Source: Blasia pusilla (taxonomy: Eukaryota). From it: DNA of 64,000 nt. The translations under genes and the position numbers were made by a program. The DNA lies in assembly GCA_050084515.1 (NCBI GenBank), contig CM114271.1, positions 11,160,001 through 11,224,000 on the forward strand. The letters run 5' to 3'. Below, piece by piece: positions 50,336 to 63,253 of the stretch; the stretch's first letter is position 1; every line of letters starts with the position of its first letter. Under the pieces are notes generated by a model. The model worked only from the letters and a program-made list of their open reading frames with translations, did no database searches and was not told the origin of the DNA.

Positions 50336-52787
50336 ATATGGAGCAGCCAGAGATATGGAGGATCCTGGTTGGATGTGCGGGGTTGCCCAGATGGAGGCAG
50401 CCGCAGTTGTGACTTGTGGAGCATCCGCAAAGTTGGATCCACAGAGAGGGGAAGCGAGGAAACATACTAGGCTTCCTCAATCTTTCACGTTGTCCGAGGA
50501 AATGAGGACCCCATCGATGGATTCTAATCAGAGTTCTTGGAGAGTTGGTGATGTTGTTGGTGTGCAGGCACGGAGAGCGATGGGAGAAGCAAGTACAATG
50601 ACTCCTATTGCTGATGCTCAGGAGGGGCATGTGTCACCCACGTTGTTGGGGGCGGCCACCGATGTGTACTGCACTCCTTTATTTTCTGCTTGCGATGTTA
50701 TGACGTTGGGGGGTACGCTCGTCGAGGCTTTTCGGCTGGCCGCTTCACTATGTGAGCGCGGAGTTGGAGTTCCTGCATCACGTTCAGAGGTGATTGAAGA
50801 GGAGGTGATGGACCTGCCCTTGGAGCATATGCTCAGGCCGTCCACGTCAGATTCATGGCAGGCTACGGTTGCTAGGATGGCAGAGATGCCCGCTAGACCT
50901 GCGATGGAGCGTGCCATGGCTTCTCCTAGTGTTGTGTTGCTGAATACTTGAGGAGAGGTCTTCTTGTTGGTGAGTCCCGGAGGTAGAGCTTTTAGTCCGC
51001 ACCGCGTCTTGTTGGATTCAACAGCGCAACCCTTGATGTTGGGGAAAGCGTCATTCAGAGGATTGGGCTTGACGAGAGCCGATGTGGAGCGTTGTCCATT
51101 TTGGATACAAACATCCTTGGGTGGAGTGAGTACCATACAGTATATCACCCGACAGGAGGTCGTGGTGAGGATTCGTCCAAGAAATCCTACACATGAGTCT
51201 GTGGTGCGAGCCAAGACGATAGTGACTAATGCAGAGTCCTACGACGTCTTGGTTGGTGGAGTAGTGTTATACCCGATGGGATTTTCCCTAGATTACAGGG
51301 AGGAGTTAGCGTCCTACAAACCAAGATGGCAATCAAGAGATGGGCGCCTTAGCTCATTACCCGTTTGATTCACAGGTGCAGGGATCGAGCAACAGCCAGA
51401 AGAGATGGTGACCTTAGCAGCATTTAGCAGTGCCATCACTTGGCCCAGTGATTTGATTGAGGGACATGTCCATGCAGAGGATACTCCCGTTCCTGACATT
51501 TCCATGGAGAGGAGTTTTATGGTAGCCGCATTATTCCGTGGAGGAGAGGTGCCGCTGTGGGGCTCGACTGAGGAGCTTCGACGATTGGCAGATGAGCACG
51601 TGTAGACCGCGTGGAGCAAGGCATTTGCACCGGAGCGTGATGGGTCTGAGAAACCCGAGGTAGGTGGGAGTGCTACGATGACACCCTTGGATACCACACC
51701 CATTTTGTGGTGTACCCCGGAGGAGGGTATTCGATTGTTAGATTTCTTTGGAGGGATTAGCACCAGGTTAGTTGTTGTTTTGCAAGCAGGAGTGCGAGTA
51801 CAGCACTCTAGTGTATAGTACTCCAACGAGTACAGTGTATGTGGAGAGTGATGATGTTGTGAGGTGTGTCTCACTACAACATGTGGCACAATTATGCCTA
51901 CGTTTTCCCGACTTACTGTCTCCGCCTACGGTACAAGGGTACCAGAGTTCCCTATCGAGGGATATTTTGTTGTTGGGGGCGCAGGACTTAGAGCGGGTAG
52001 GGACCATTGATTTGGTCATTGCCGGTTGGCCATGTCAGGGCCAATCGAGTGCTGGACAAGGCAGCGGGTTTTGGCTGACACTCGGTCCATATTGTTTTGG
52101 GAGATGTTGAGGGTCTTACGGCAGTTGCAGGAGCACCGATCTCGTTCTCCAGCCTATATTCTAGAGAATGTGCCGATCTTAGGAGACTCCACGTCACCGT
52201 TGGTGACAAGTGCTCATCAAGTGCGTGCTTGGATCGGTCCAATAGTGTTCTTGGATGCGGCGAGTGTAGGTTCTAGAGCCCATCGCCCGCATCTATGGTG
52301 GACCAACTTGGTGCCCCATGCGTTGTTACGGAGGGCTTATGCGAGAGTGGAGCGCCCCTCCCATTTGTTAGTGGATTCCATTCTAGATCCAGGTCGTTGC
52401 TCACAGGTAGTGAGGCACAATGATCGACCACCGTTGACTGTGTTCAACAGAGTAGGCAAGCCGCGGGCAGCCTTTCCCACTTTTGTGAGTTTTCCCGCTT
52501 CCTATGCATACAAGGAGGCCGATCCTTGCTTGGTTTGGGATGATCAGGTTCAGAGGTTAGTGGAGCCCAACGCCGATGAGAGAGAGCGGGCGGTGGGATT
52601 TCCCATAGGAGTGCTGGCACAACCGTCACTATCAGAGGTATCACGATGCCATGTCTTAGGTCAGGCGATGGACTTGAACTGCTTGACATGGATCCTCAGC
52701 TTGGGAGTGGCTGAGATCGTGACAGATCACAACGGTTGCGTTGGTGAGCCCCATGCCTACTGAGATGGTGGATGCAGTGGTTTGGGG
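50336..52787 (+). pseudogene. DNMT-Gypsy internal fragment: gag end, protease and near-complete DNMT domain
   Basis: Duplicates 43547-45017, then continues: DLVIAGWPCQG, YILENV, RAHRPHLWWTNL, ERERAVGFP, LGQAMDL. Confidence 0.9.
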
Positions 52788-54915
52788 CTCATCCGCCTTA
52801 GAGGTAGACAACCCTAGTTCCTTCATGATTCTCGGGCTTAGGAAGGATGCGAAGCAACTGTATCCACAAGCAACAACACATCGCGATCAAAAATCTTGGA
52901 TCTTAGGTACACCAAATTGTGCATCCTCTTGGTGACCTGAAGGGACGTCTCGAGATCGCCCGCCAACAGATGCTTAGCAGCAAACGCACTCATACTCCCA
53001 TTACTAACCTTCGGTTTTGAACACACTTTCGCCAGGTGCCCCGGTTCGCCACAGTTGTAGCATACGACCTTGCCGTTCTCTGACTTCGAGTACTGTCCTC
53101 TTCTCGGCTTCGCATGAAGTTCCACTCGTTTTGCTGCCGGGGCAGATGACTCTCCTGGATCGTGCTAGCCCCCACTCCAGACTCTTTTGAACGCCTCCTT
53201 ATTTTTCGACTTCTTCGAAAACCTTTTGGCTCAAAGGGTTTTTGGGTTTGGACCTCATCGTCCCCAATCCGCTCCGCTAGCTTCAGAAGATCCGCGTTGG
53301 TCTCTGGCAACGTCGACATTTGGTAAAGGGCCTTTTCAGCGCTCGGCTTGAGTCCACTAATGAAGATAGCCTTCTTCGCGTGCTCATTCATCTTTGGAAT
53401 AGAAGTCAGTTTTGCACTAAACTCCCTCACATACGCGCTTAAGGAACCACTCTGCCGCATCCGCACGCATTCCACCGTGTCGCGCAACCCTTGGTACTCC
53501 GGAGTGAGTCAATCCCCAATCAACACCTTGAACTCCTCCCAACTCAGAGGTGACTCGCCGCCCTAATATTCCTCTCGTTGAGCTGTCCACCATTATAGCG
53601 CATGATCCTTCAAGAAAGTAGCGGCTACCGTCACCTTGTCTTGCTCAGCTGCCCTCTGCGCCTCGAAGTACAGTTCCAATTATGTAAGGAAATCCTTCAC
53701 TTTCCGCGAGCGCCCCACCCTAGTGAATGGCGTGGGCAGGTTTGTCTTGCTGAGCTTTTTGCCCGCACTCGGAGTTCGAGTGGCCTCTAACTCTGCAATC
53801 CGCTTGCTTTGCTGGGACATGTGCTCCACCAACAGCTTCAACAAGTCCAACGTCTGGCTCAACTTGGTCCGTTCCCCTAAGTTTGGGCCTGATGGCCCCG
53901 CGGAAGGATTCGCCTCCGGGACGTCCTCACGACTGGCGTTCAGCTCTTCGAGAGTCTCCGTCTCGTCCATAGTTTCACGGTCTGGCATTGGTTCCTCTCT
54001 TGGTTCACGTCGCTTGATTCGGTGCTTCTTGGGTTGTTCTCCCTCGATCGCCATTTTCAAGCCAACTCACTCAGATCTCCTCCTCGTTTCTTGCGTCCCT
54101 CCTCGAGCGTCTGAGTCTAGCCGCTACCTTGAGTTTTCCCAAGCGTCCGGTTGATCCCACGACTCCAAGGTCTCGCTCACCAAGGATTAGCTTTGATACC
54201 ACTTGTCGCGCCCCTACTCTCCTCGAACGTCAATCTTTAATGTTGTGGAAGCGTGCGTTCAGTAGGTCACGATCTCATCGCCGATCTGCACCCAAACACA
54301 CACTCTCGTTAGTCGGGTCTGGGCCAACCAGCGTTCCATGCCCTTGAGCCGCCCCGTGGCGCCCAAAGTGGGGTTCGGGTTCCAAGCACTCTCGAAGACC
54401 TTCCCCCTTACTAGTACTTCTGGGGTTCTCCAATAACCCCCCCCCCTTTTGGAAAGGAGGGTCGGGCCCTTCATTGTGGCCCTCAACCCAACTCCACTTA
54501 CAATCGTTTCCGGGTTGTTTCTCAGCCGTTGCTGAAGCGTTTTTAGAGATCTTTAGTGCACTTGAACCCGCTTTCTACAAGCTTTCCAACGCACTCTTAT
54601 TAAATCCAAACGCATCTTGGCGCTAAAAGTTATGGTTAAAAATACAGTCGGAAACTCTCAAACGCTAGTGGCGTTCCAAATCCGGATTCTTCCTTTTGGC
54701 AACCCACTTTCTAGACTCGACTTCTTTCAAGTCTCATTCCGCGTTTGGTCCAGGTTTCTTGATCGCTACCACAAAATCTGAAACGCGAAGCCTCGCTCGC
54801 ATCTCGTCTCTTGTCTTCTCTTCGAGACTACTCCAACGTGCAAACCATCTTAACGTGAGCCCGCTAATGTTCCGATGTTCCGTTTGGCACTCGTTTGGTC
54901 ATGAGGGTCGCGACA
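52785..54915 (-). mobile_element. Second, shorter copy of the chromovirus-like Gypsy (LTR, PBS, gag, start of AP)
   Basis: Homologous to 47939-50335; LTR 54204-54915; PBS 54190-54201. Confidence 0.92.
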
Positions 54916-55066
54916 CATTCCCTTCTATGACGATTGTGCAATGTTCAATCCTCTGTTAGAATTCATATCTCATGCAACCGGTCGGTTTCCAACAGGTTAC
55001 AAAAGACTCTAGAAGGAACCTTTCAGCTCCAACTTAACTTTACAGAAATTAGATTTAAAAGAACAA

Positions 55067-56703
55067 AGGATGAGGCACCACCCGCACTCTACCATCCTCC
55101 CAAACTTGCAACACGTGTGCTCCCTCCCACCAGAACCGTCTGGCTTGCTGTAGGATCCGATCCCCCTCTCTAGCACCCACTGTGCTCGCGACGCTGCCTA
55201 TAGGGAAATACTCCAAGACCACTCCATCGTCGTGAATGTCTCGGCCACCTGTCGTCTCCTCACCGGCTTGTGGATCTAAGGACTCTCCATCATACCTCGC
55301 CATCGAGGTCTCAGCAATCTGGCTCCCCGTAGCCAACAAGCCCACATAGGCTGACGCGTGTCATCCTGGCACCAACTCCTCATCACTCTCACCATGCCAA
55401 CGAGCTCCAATCACATCTCGCTGACTCAGGCATGGGTTAAGGCTCAAACCATCTGCATCTTGGTTGAGCGTCCCAGGTCTATGCACCACCTGGAAGTCAT
55501 ACTCTTGCAACAAAAGAGCCCACCTTGCAAGCTTCCCTGTAAGCTTGTCAGACTCCATCAACCACTTAAGTGGCTGATGATTAATAATGATGGTAAAGGG
55601 ATTGCCAAATAGATAACATCTGAAATGTGCGACAGCTCATACTACAACCAAGCACTCACCCTAAAACGAGCTATACTTCGCCTTTGTAGCGTTGTTCGAG
55701 CAACTAGCATAAGCCACCACAAACTCTCTACCATCATTGTCATGCTGGGTGAGCACCGCTCCAAGCCCCAACATGCTCCAATTGGTATGCAATTGGAAAG
55801 GATGCCCCCTGATATGGGCACGGACGTCAATCTTTCCTTAAGTAGTTCAAATGCTCTCTCATGCTCATCCCCCCGGTGCCACTCCTGATCCACCTTGGTC
55901 AGCAAGGTTAGCGGCTTCACAATCAAACTAAAACCCTTGACGTACCGTCGATAGAAGTTTGCCAATCCCATGAATGCACGAAAGCGACTCATATCTGTAG
56001 GGCGTGGAATGCCTGAAATAGCCTCTACCTTCATCTGCTGTATACCAAGGCCCCCTGGGTATATCGTATGACCCAAGTACTCAATCTGGTTGTAAGAGAA
56101 CTTTCACTTGCCTTGATGTAGCTTCAGCCCATGTAACTGCAATGGTCGAAACACCTCCTCTAGATGTTGCCCATGCTCCTCAACCGTGGCGCTAAAGACT
56201 ACGATGTCATCAATATAAGACCTAGCAAAATCCAGACCTGCTAAGATCCTATCCATGATCCTCTGAAACTCAGCCAGGGCGTTCTTTAACCCCAATGGTA
56301 AGAACCGCCACTGGTACAAATTATCCTTCCCGTGAGGATCGATGCCCCAAAATACGGTCTTCTGTTTGTCCTCTGATCTCATAGGCAGCTGATGGAATCC
56401 GGCTCGCAAATCCAATGAACTTAAGATCTTTGCATGCCCAATCGCATCAAAGATCTCCTCACGGGTGGGCATGGCACACCTATCGGACTTTGTCTGTCGA
56501 TTGATAGGTCGGTAATCTCCATACATCCGCCTATCCGTCCACTTGCCATGCACATCCTTCTTGGCGGGCATGAGAGGGGCAAATGGATACTCTCCATGCG
56601 ACATCTCCACAAGTCCTGCTCCAACCAAGTCCTAGCTCCTACTCTGAATCAGATCCCTCTCCATGTCACTGTACCTATAGGGTTGTCGGAAGATTGGCAG
56701 GTC
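55067..56703 (-). pseudogene. DNMT-Gypsy family RT-RNase H fragment
   Basis: PAKKDVHG, GDYRPINR, YIDDIVV, ESDKLTGKLARW; closely similar to 2350-4010. Confidence 0.9.
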
Positions 56704-58510
56704 GGGGCTGGTATCCTGGCAGGAGAGAGTAAGAGAGGAGAGGAAGAGAGGAAGAGAGGAGAGTCTCTCTTCAAAAAAAAGGGCCAAATCCGCCTCCTCT
56801 CTTCAAAACTTTTTGACATATTTGAAATTTTTGTTTGCTTTCAAATTCAGGAAATCTTTAGAAGAGAGTATTTAGTGGTCCACATTTGGCCCTAAAAAAA
56901 CCTCCTCTTTCCTAGGGGCGAGAAAAAAGGAGACATCATAAGACCACCCTAAACATTTTTCCATCACTCTCCATGTGAGCCTAAGTTTCTTAACATTCCC
57001 TGTCTCGGTCAACAAAAAGCAGTGCCCTTGGTATTTTTGTTGGAGGACCACCCGGATGGGTACCTCTCTTTTTGCAGGGATTTTTGCCTGCATCATGGCC
57101 TCCCCTAAATTGCCCCATAACCAACTTTTTGTCGGTTATGAATGGTGTCTGCTCAAGAAAGTTGGTCTTGAGGAACAAATAAGATCCTTAGGCTGAGAAA
57201 CCGAGAAACTGCACCCCTCCCAACCCGTAAGAAAGCTCACCATAAGAAAGGAAAGATTTTTAGCAGTGATTTTCTTCCACCCTGCACCCACAACGATCTA
57301 ACGGGTTGGGAATCCGAAATGGCAATCCCACAGGTAGTAGGAATCCTGCACATCTTAGACAAGAAAAGAAGCCTACAACTGGTTGGACGAATGAAGGGGA
57401 ACGAGCCAAAAGTCAAGAAGCCCGCCACAATGCGCCAGAAGTTGGTCTCACCAGGATAGAGTCCGATCACTCAAGCAGTCAACCTGTCGAAATCCGACAG
57501 GTTGCTTGGAAATGGTTAAAAAGTTGCAGTGGGCAAAAAGCAAAAAGTCGGAATCATATGGGTTGCAGAATTGTAATTCTGAGTAGCTAAAAGAACACAA
57601 TCCACAAGTCCAAAAACATATTCCAGCAAACTTTTACAAACACCATTATGGGTTGAAAAAATCTCGTCCTTTATTACCTCCGAAGGAACCTCGGAAATGT
57701 ACATTTCACCTAGTCTATGATTTCTTCATCTACAAATTTACTCCTAACTCTCCTCGGTGACAGTACCAAAGGAATGTCCTGGGATTCAAGTGTCTCCTCT
57801 GGCCGATTGTAGACGAGGATCGAAAATGTTGGCGAATTCGGGAGCCTTGGCCCCTCCCTAGGTACACCATAACGGTCCCATGTAACCTGTCTCGAGTCCC
57901 ACCGCCTTCCTCAGCAGTATACCTTGTACGCTCTGCAATGTTACACCCATCCGGTATCAATATCTGCTCCGTCTCCGGTAATACCACTATGGCAACCGCA
58001 CAGGTAGAAGGAATCCAACACGTCTGAGAGAAGAAAAGAAGCCTACGCCTGCCTTTACGAGTTGAGGGGAAGGTGCCAAGGGAAGAAGCCCGCCAGACTG
58101 CCTCTTAAGTTGGACCAACAGGGAAAGGGTCCGATCAGGCAACCTGTCGGAATCAGACAGGTTGCCTGGAGGTGGTAAAAAGGGTGCAGTGGTCAAAAAG
58201 CGAAAAGTTGCAAGGAGGAGAAATCCGACAGGTTGCAGTGGTCATAAAGTGAAAGTTGCAAGCAGGAGAAATCCGACGGGTTGCAAAGTAGAAGTCCGTG
58301 GAGTACATAGACGATCACATTCGAAAAGACAAAATGATCAGCAAACATTTACAAGCACCACCATCGATCGAAAAAATCTTCTGCTTTATATCATCGGAAA
58401 AAAGCTTGGAACTGTACATTTGATCTATTCTATGAAATCTTTTGCCTCATCATCAAATAACTCCCTACTCCAAATGCTGTAGTCAAGCAGGGTCGTTGAG
58501 TTCTTTGAAC

Positions 58511-61500
58511 TCACTTGTCATCGTCCGAGAGCTCTTGCAGAATCACTTTCGGCCTTGCCCTCCCGATTTTGGGAATCGTTGGAAGTGACGATGGAGTCAC
58601 TACCAAGGGTGGCTGTGGAACCGGAGCTCTCGGATTCGGTGGAGAGTTGTACGCCCCAACGAGCCTTTCGTATTCTGTCTTTGCCTCCTTGCAAAGGTCA
58701 AACAGTTCCTGCCTTCCCTCGAGGCAGAGAATGTTCCTGCCACTCTGCCAGGCGCCTTTGATACTTGCCCTTGAAAGTCCCACTAAGTCGAACACCAAGT
58801 CACCTGGCCTTGAGCAGAGCTCGATGAGCGTTTGCATCAGGGCTGGCGACTTTTCCCTTCCTCCCAGAAGTGGGGTACTGTCTTGCATGTAAATTCCCGG
58901 GGGGGAATTGTACAAACTATCTAAGCTGTACCCATCTGAGCATGGATCCACAAGATCCTGGATCTTGAACACCTGGAAATTGTGCTCGGGCCGAACAAAG
59001 CAGTAGACGTAGGAGTGGTCCATCTGTAAATCAGCATGTTGGAAACAATGTCAGAAACTAAAGAAGTCGCCTTGAGAAAATTTTCAATAACTGACTTTGG
59101 ATCAACCTGTCGGAGTCCGACGGGTTGTTTTGTCTCGGACCAACCCGTCGAAACCCGGCGGGTTGCGATTCTTTAGGTTTTCCCGTTGATTTGGTTTTTG
59201 GATGCAACCCGTCGGAAGGCGAGGAGTTGCTGGCCTAGAGCAGCCCATACTCTCCTGAGAGCAACCCGTCGCTATCAGACGGGTTGCATCCAAAAACCAA
59301 AATCAACTGGGAAAACCCAAAAGCAACTACAACCCGTCGGGTTTCAACGAGTTGCAGGTACACCGCGGTTTTCCCTGTGTATGTGGGAAAGATGCAACCC
59401 GTCGGCAATCGACGGGTTGCTCTTAGCCGAGCATGGGCTGCTCTAAGCCAGCAACCCGTCGCCTTCCGACGGGTTGCTCACGGACAAAAAAAAACCCAGA
59501 TTGACTCTCATTCTACACATCATTATAAGATAATTGAAATTATTGTACAGGAATTGAGCCTTACCCGAATCTGACTCGTCGCGGATCGGAGTGGTACTCG
59601 TTTTTTATGATCCACGATTGTGCCGTCCTCCACTTTAGCGACCTCTTGACGCACTGGAGGTTGAAGAGCTCGTCCTCGCTCCCTCCAGTCAACACCAAGA
59701 AGCAGCCCCTGTCACTCGAGATAGGCGTCGCAAAGGAGAACAAAAGTGCAACTGGTCATAAGTGAGCGGCACATTCCACTCGGTACCTCGTCCAAATGAT
59801 TTCGCCCCAAAGTCGCAACCCCGAGGGCAGATCGGCGATCAAGAGATCCACCGCAACCTCTTCGACCACTCCATTCACCGTCCAGGCAGCGTGCCCATTT
59901 TGTTGGAGCTTCCGTCCCAGCGTTGTCAATTTTTCGATGGCTGGTGTCGACGCTTGAGAACTGAAGCTCTTCAGCTCATCCAGTAAAGGAGTGAACTGAA
60001 GGAGGACGCTTGTTCGGGTCGTTGTTTGTCTGTGTCTTCCCAAGGATGATGGGTTGTATTCTCCTTGGGACAACCCGGGCACCTCTCGCTTCCGCTTCTC
60101 CCTAGCTTGGGGACGGCTTGTCGGGGTTTCTATGACCTCGGATTCTGGTGGCATTTTTTTCGCCGAGGACCTGGTCCGACCCTCTCTCCCCGCTTGTCCG
60201 GACGATTCCGCCTCTGGCCTTGAATCTTCAGCCTCTCTTTGGGAAGACTCGGCCTCTGAATTTTTCCCTCCCCTCGCCTTGCCTTTGAGACTCGATGTGG
60301 ATTTGTCTTTGGCTATCCGGACCTTGGAAGCCAACTCAGCTGTCTCGTGGGCCTACTCTTCTGCATCTCCTCCGAAGAAGTCTTCAGGCTGGACGAAATT
60401 GGGGATGTCGTCTTGTCCTGAGGCCACTGCATCATGAAGCACTCGCAAGTCCATATCCGTTATGTCTTCAGGGTTGTTGAAGTCGAGCCAAATGGGGCAA
60501 TTCTCCACCTCCCAATCGGACATGTGCTGCCCCATCTCCACGTCGTACATGGAGAATGTCTCTGCATCCGGCAGCGAAGCCCACAATTTCAAGGCTACCG
60601 GTAATTTTCCCCACGTACTTGCGTTCTTACACTGGACGAGGTACCTGAAGACCATCCGCTGGGCAGCTTTTAGTCAAACAGAATCGGCCATCTGCTCCTG
60701 TAGATCTCGCTTCTTCTTCGCTTGATCCCGTTTGTTCCCCTCTACTTCTTCGTCAAGCTCTGCCTGAGGGAGGACGAAAACCTTGAACATTGGATGAATT
60801 TGGCGCGGTCAAATGCAGATACCTTCTCCCTCGCTCGGCTCGGTCTTTTGCGGCGCTTTTTCTTGCGGCTTTGTATCTTCGACCAGCAAAGGATGGTTAC
60901 GGCTGCATCTTGAGAAATAAACTTGTTTGCCCAAGTTTTCTTCTTAATCTGAGCACCCTTTGCAAGCATCTGATTGACAAGGGCATGCCCTCGTCAATCA
61001 GATGCCCAAGAACCCCCTGTACTCTCCCGGGTGCGTTGTAAGCACCTTCCTCACCCGATTGCAGTCCTGGATCCAGTGGTGGGTGACATTCCCCTCCGAT
61101 ACAATCCTGCACATCCAAACTCAACCCGTCAGGAAATAACATGGGTTCCTGCAACCCGTCGGACTCCAACGGGTCGTCACAGCTCAAGGTCGGATTCTAG
61201 CAACGAGCTAAATGATGCAACCCATCAGAGTCCAACGGATTGCATTCAGATTTGCTAATGCCTGGTAAGCAAACCGTCGGAGTCCGACGGGTTGCTCGAT
61301 AGGCCGCCTTGTGAGGGTGTTTTTTTAAGAATGCAACTCGTCGGACTCCGACGAGTTGTTGAGGATCGAGGTTTAGAAGGTTTTTCCCCAAAGCAACCCG
61401 TCGGACTCGGCGGGTTGCTTTGGGGAAAAACCTTCTAAACTGCGATCCTAACAACTCGTCGAGTCCGACGAAGTTGCATTCTTCAAAAACATCCTCACAA

Positions 61501-62882
61501 GCGGCTTTGTCAGCAACCCGACTCGGACTCCGACGGTTTGCTTTGGGCCAAAAACTAGTTAAATCTATGTTCAATCAAAGAAGTCGTTGGAGTCCGACGA
61601 GTTGCAATCTTAAAAAAACATCCGAAAAAGCGTGCAGTCCAGCAACCCGTCGGAGTCCGACGAGTTGCAAAAGTGTTAAAGATACTCACGTGTTCATGGC
61701 ATGCATTGCCATCTCCACCGTCGCCATGTGATGAGGGTATGGGTGAAGGACCACTGCCTTCACGCAGAAATGTGCCTCCAATGAGTTGGGCCGCTCCTCC
61801 GCAAACTTGGTCCACGCCATGAACGTGTGATTTCCATCCCAGATGAAGAAATGCAGATTCCTCATCCAGCTGAATTCCGTGCCCTCAACTTGCCTTTTGA
61901 AGTCCTGGTCTCGCATCCTCCAGAATGTGTCGAGCTTTTCCAAGTCCTCCTCGGTAACCAGAGCTTGGGTTCCATGCTCGTCGTAAAAGGTGAACATAGA
62001 AGGAGGAAAGTCATCGCGTAACGAGGATGCCGCCGCCGATTGATTTAGCTTCGCGATGTCCTCGTCGGACTGAATTTCGCAGACGTATTCTATTGTCCGC
62101 AATCGGCAGAGTGGAATCCTCGGGGTGTTGTGGCCCTCCATGAGTGCCATCTGCTTTACCACCTGTCAGAACCGGGACAAGAGGAATAAGCTACACTGAA
62201 ATCCCAATGAATTGCAATTCACATAATTAAAAAAACCCAGAACCTCTCTTACCCGCTCGAAAATGGGGTCGGTTTCTTGACCTGCTAACTTGTCTGAGAC
62301 AGAGGGTGGCAAATCGACTGGGAACTCGTCGATCCGATAGAGGTCGATGTCCTCTGCCGGGCTTGGAGTCGAGAATGACCGCTCTCCGGCTTCTTTGGCC
62401 ATGTCCACCATCTCCACGCTGGCGGTCCTCATGACCTCGTCGTCATCGATTTCAACTTCTGTTGTTTCCACTATGTTGATTGTGTCCCCGGACTTTGTGG
62501 GGGACATTTCCCGCATCTCAACACTTGCGGTTGGACGGGCTGGGCTATCGTCAATGGCTATCGCTTTTTCCCTCCTCGCTTTAGCCAATTCTGCCCTTCT
62601 CACTGACGCGTCCAGACGCTTCTTTTCTCTCTTTTCGTCGGCGATCCTTTTCTTCAAGGAATGCGACGTCTCGGCCTCTGCGTTCTGTTTATCTAGCGCC
62701 TCTTGAACACGTCTCGCAAGAAGCACTTGGTTGTGCATCTCCGCTTCCCTTTCCCGCTCCTCGATTTCCTGCTGCCTAATTTCATTCGCCGAACGAGGCC
62801 CAGGAGAAGCTGACGCAGGAGTCCTAATGGACTTCGGAGTGAAGCTCCCAAACTTGTTGGCTTGTGATTTTTTCCTCGTCAT
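58511..62882 (-). pseudogene. ParB-like plus amino-methyltransferase gene, copy C
   Basis: Intact last exon 58511..59023 (EKSPALMQTLIELCSRPGDLVFDLVGLSRASIKGAWQSGRNILCLE); VDLLIADLPSG; FFIWDGNHTF; about 0.5-kb deletion in exon 3 near 60790. Confidence 0.78.
61150..61670. repeat. Intronic palindrome array, copy C
   Basis: e.g. GCAACCCGTCGGAGTCCGACGAGTTGC at 61642-61668. Confidence 0.9.
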
Positions 62883-63253
62883 TTTTGCCGGAAATGCCTC
62901 CACCTATGTCCACGAAGAATTCCTTGATCAGTCGCCTTGCTGATGTCGAGATGGGAACTCGAATCGCCTTGATGGTTAGCTCGAATCGTCCCGCTATCGC
63001 TCGGTCGAACCGTCTCGCTCTCGTTCCCTCCTATCGACTCGCGATGTGTGGCCGTGTGAAATGCCCCTTTGTATCTGATCAGCTGCTGCGCGGGAGAGTG
63101 AGGAGTGAGGAATGAAGATCGCAAAATGAGAAACCGGAAATGAGCGATTTCTGCCCTATTTATACTTTTCTAGCCGTTGGGCTGACCGTTGGGTCCCGTT
63201 GTCCTTTCGACCACGACGTGCCGGATGTTACGGAAGTCCGGACGTGAAAAATG

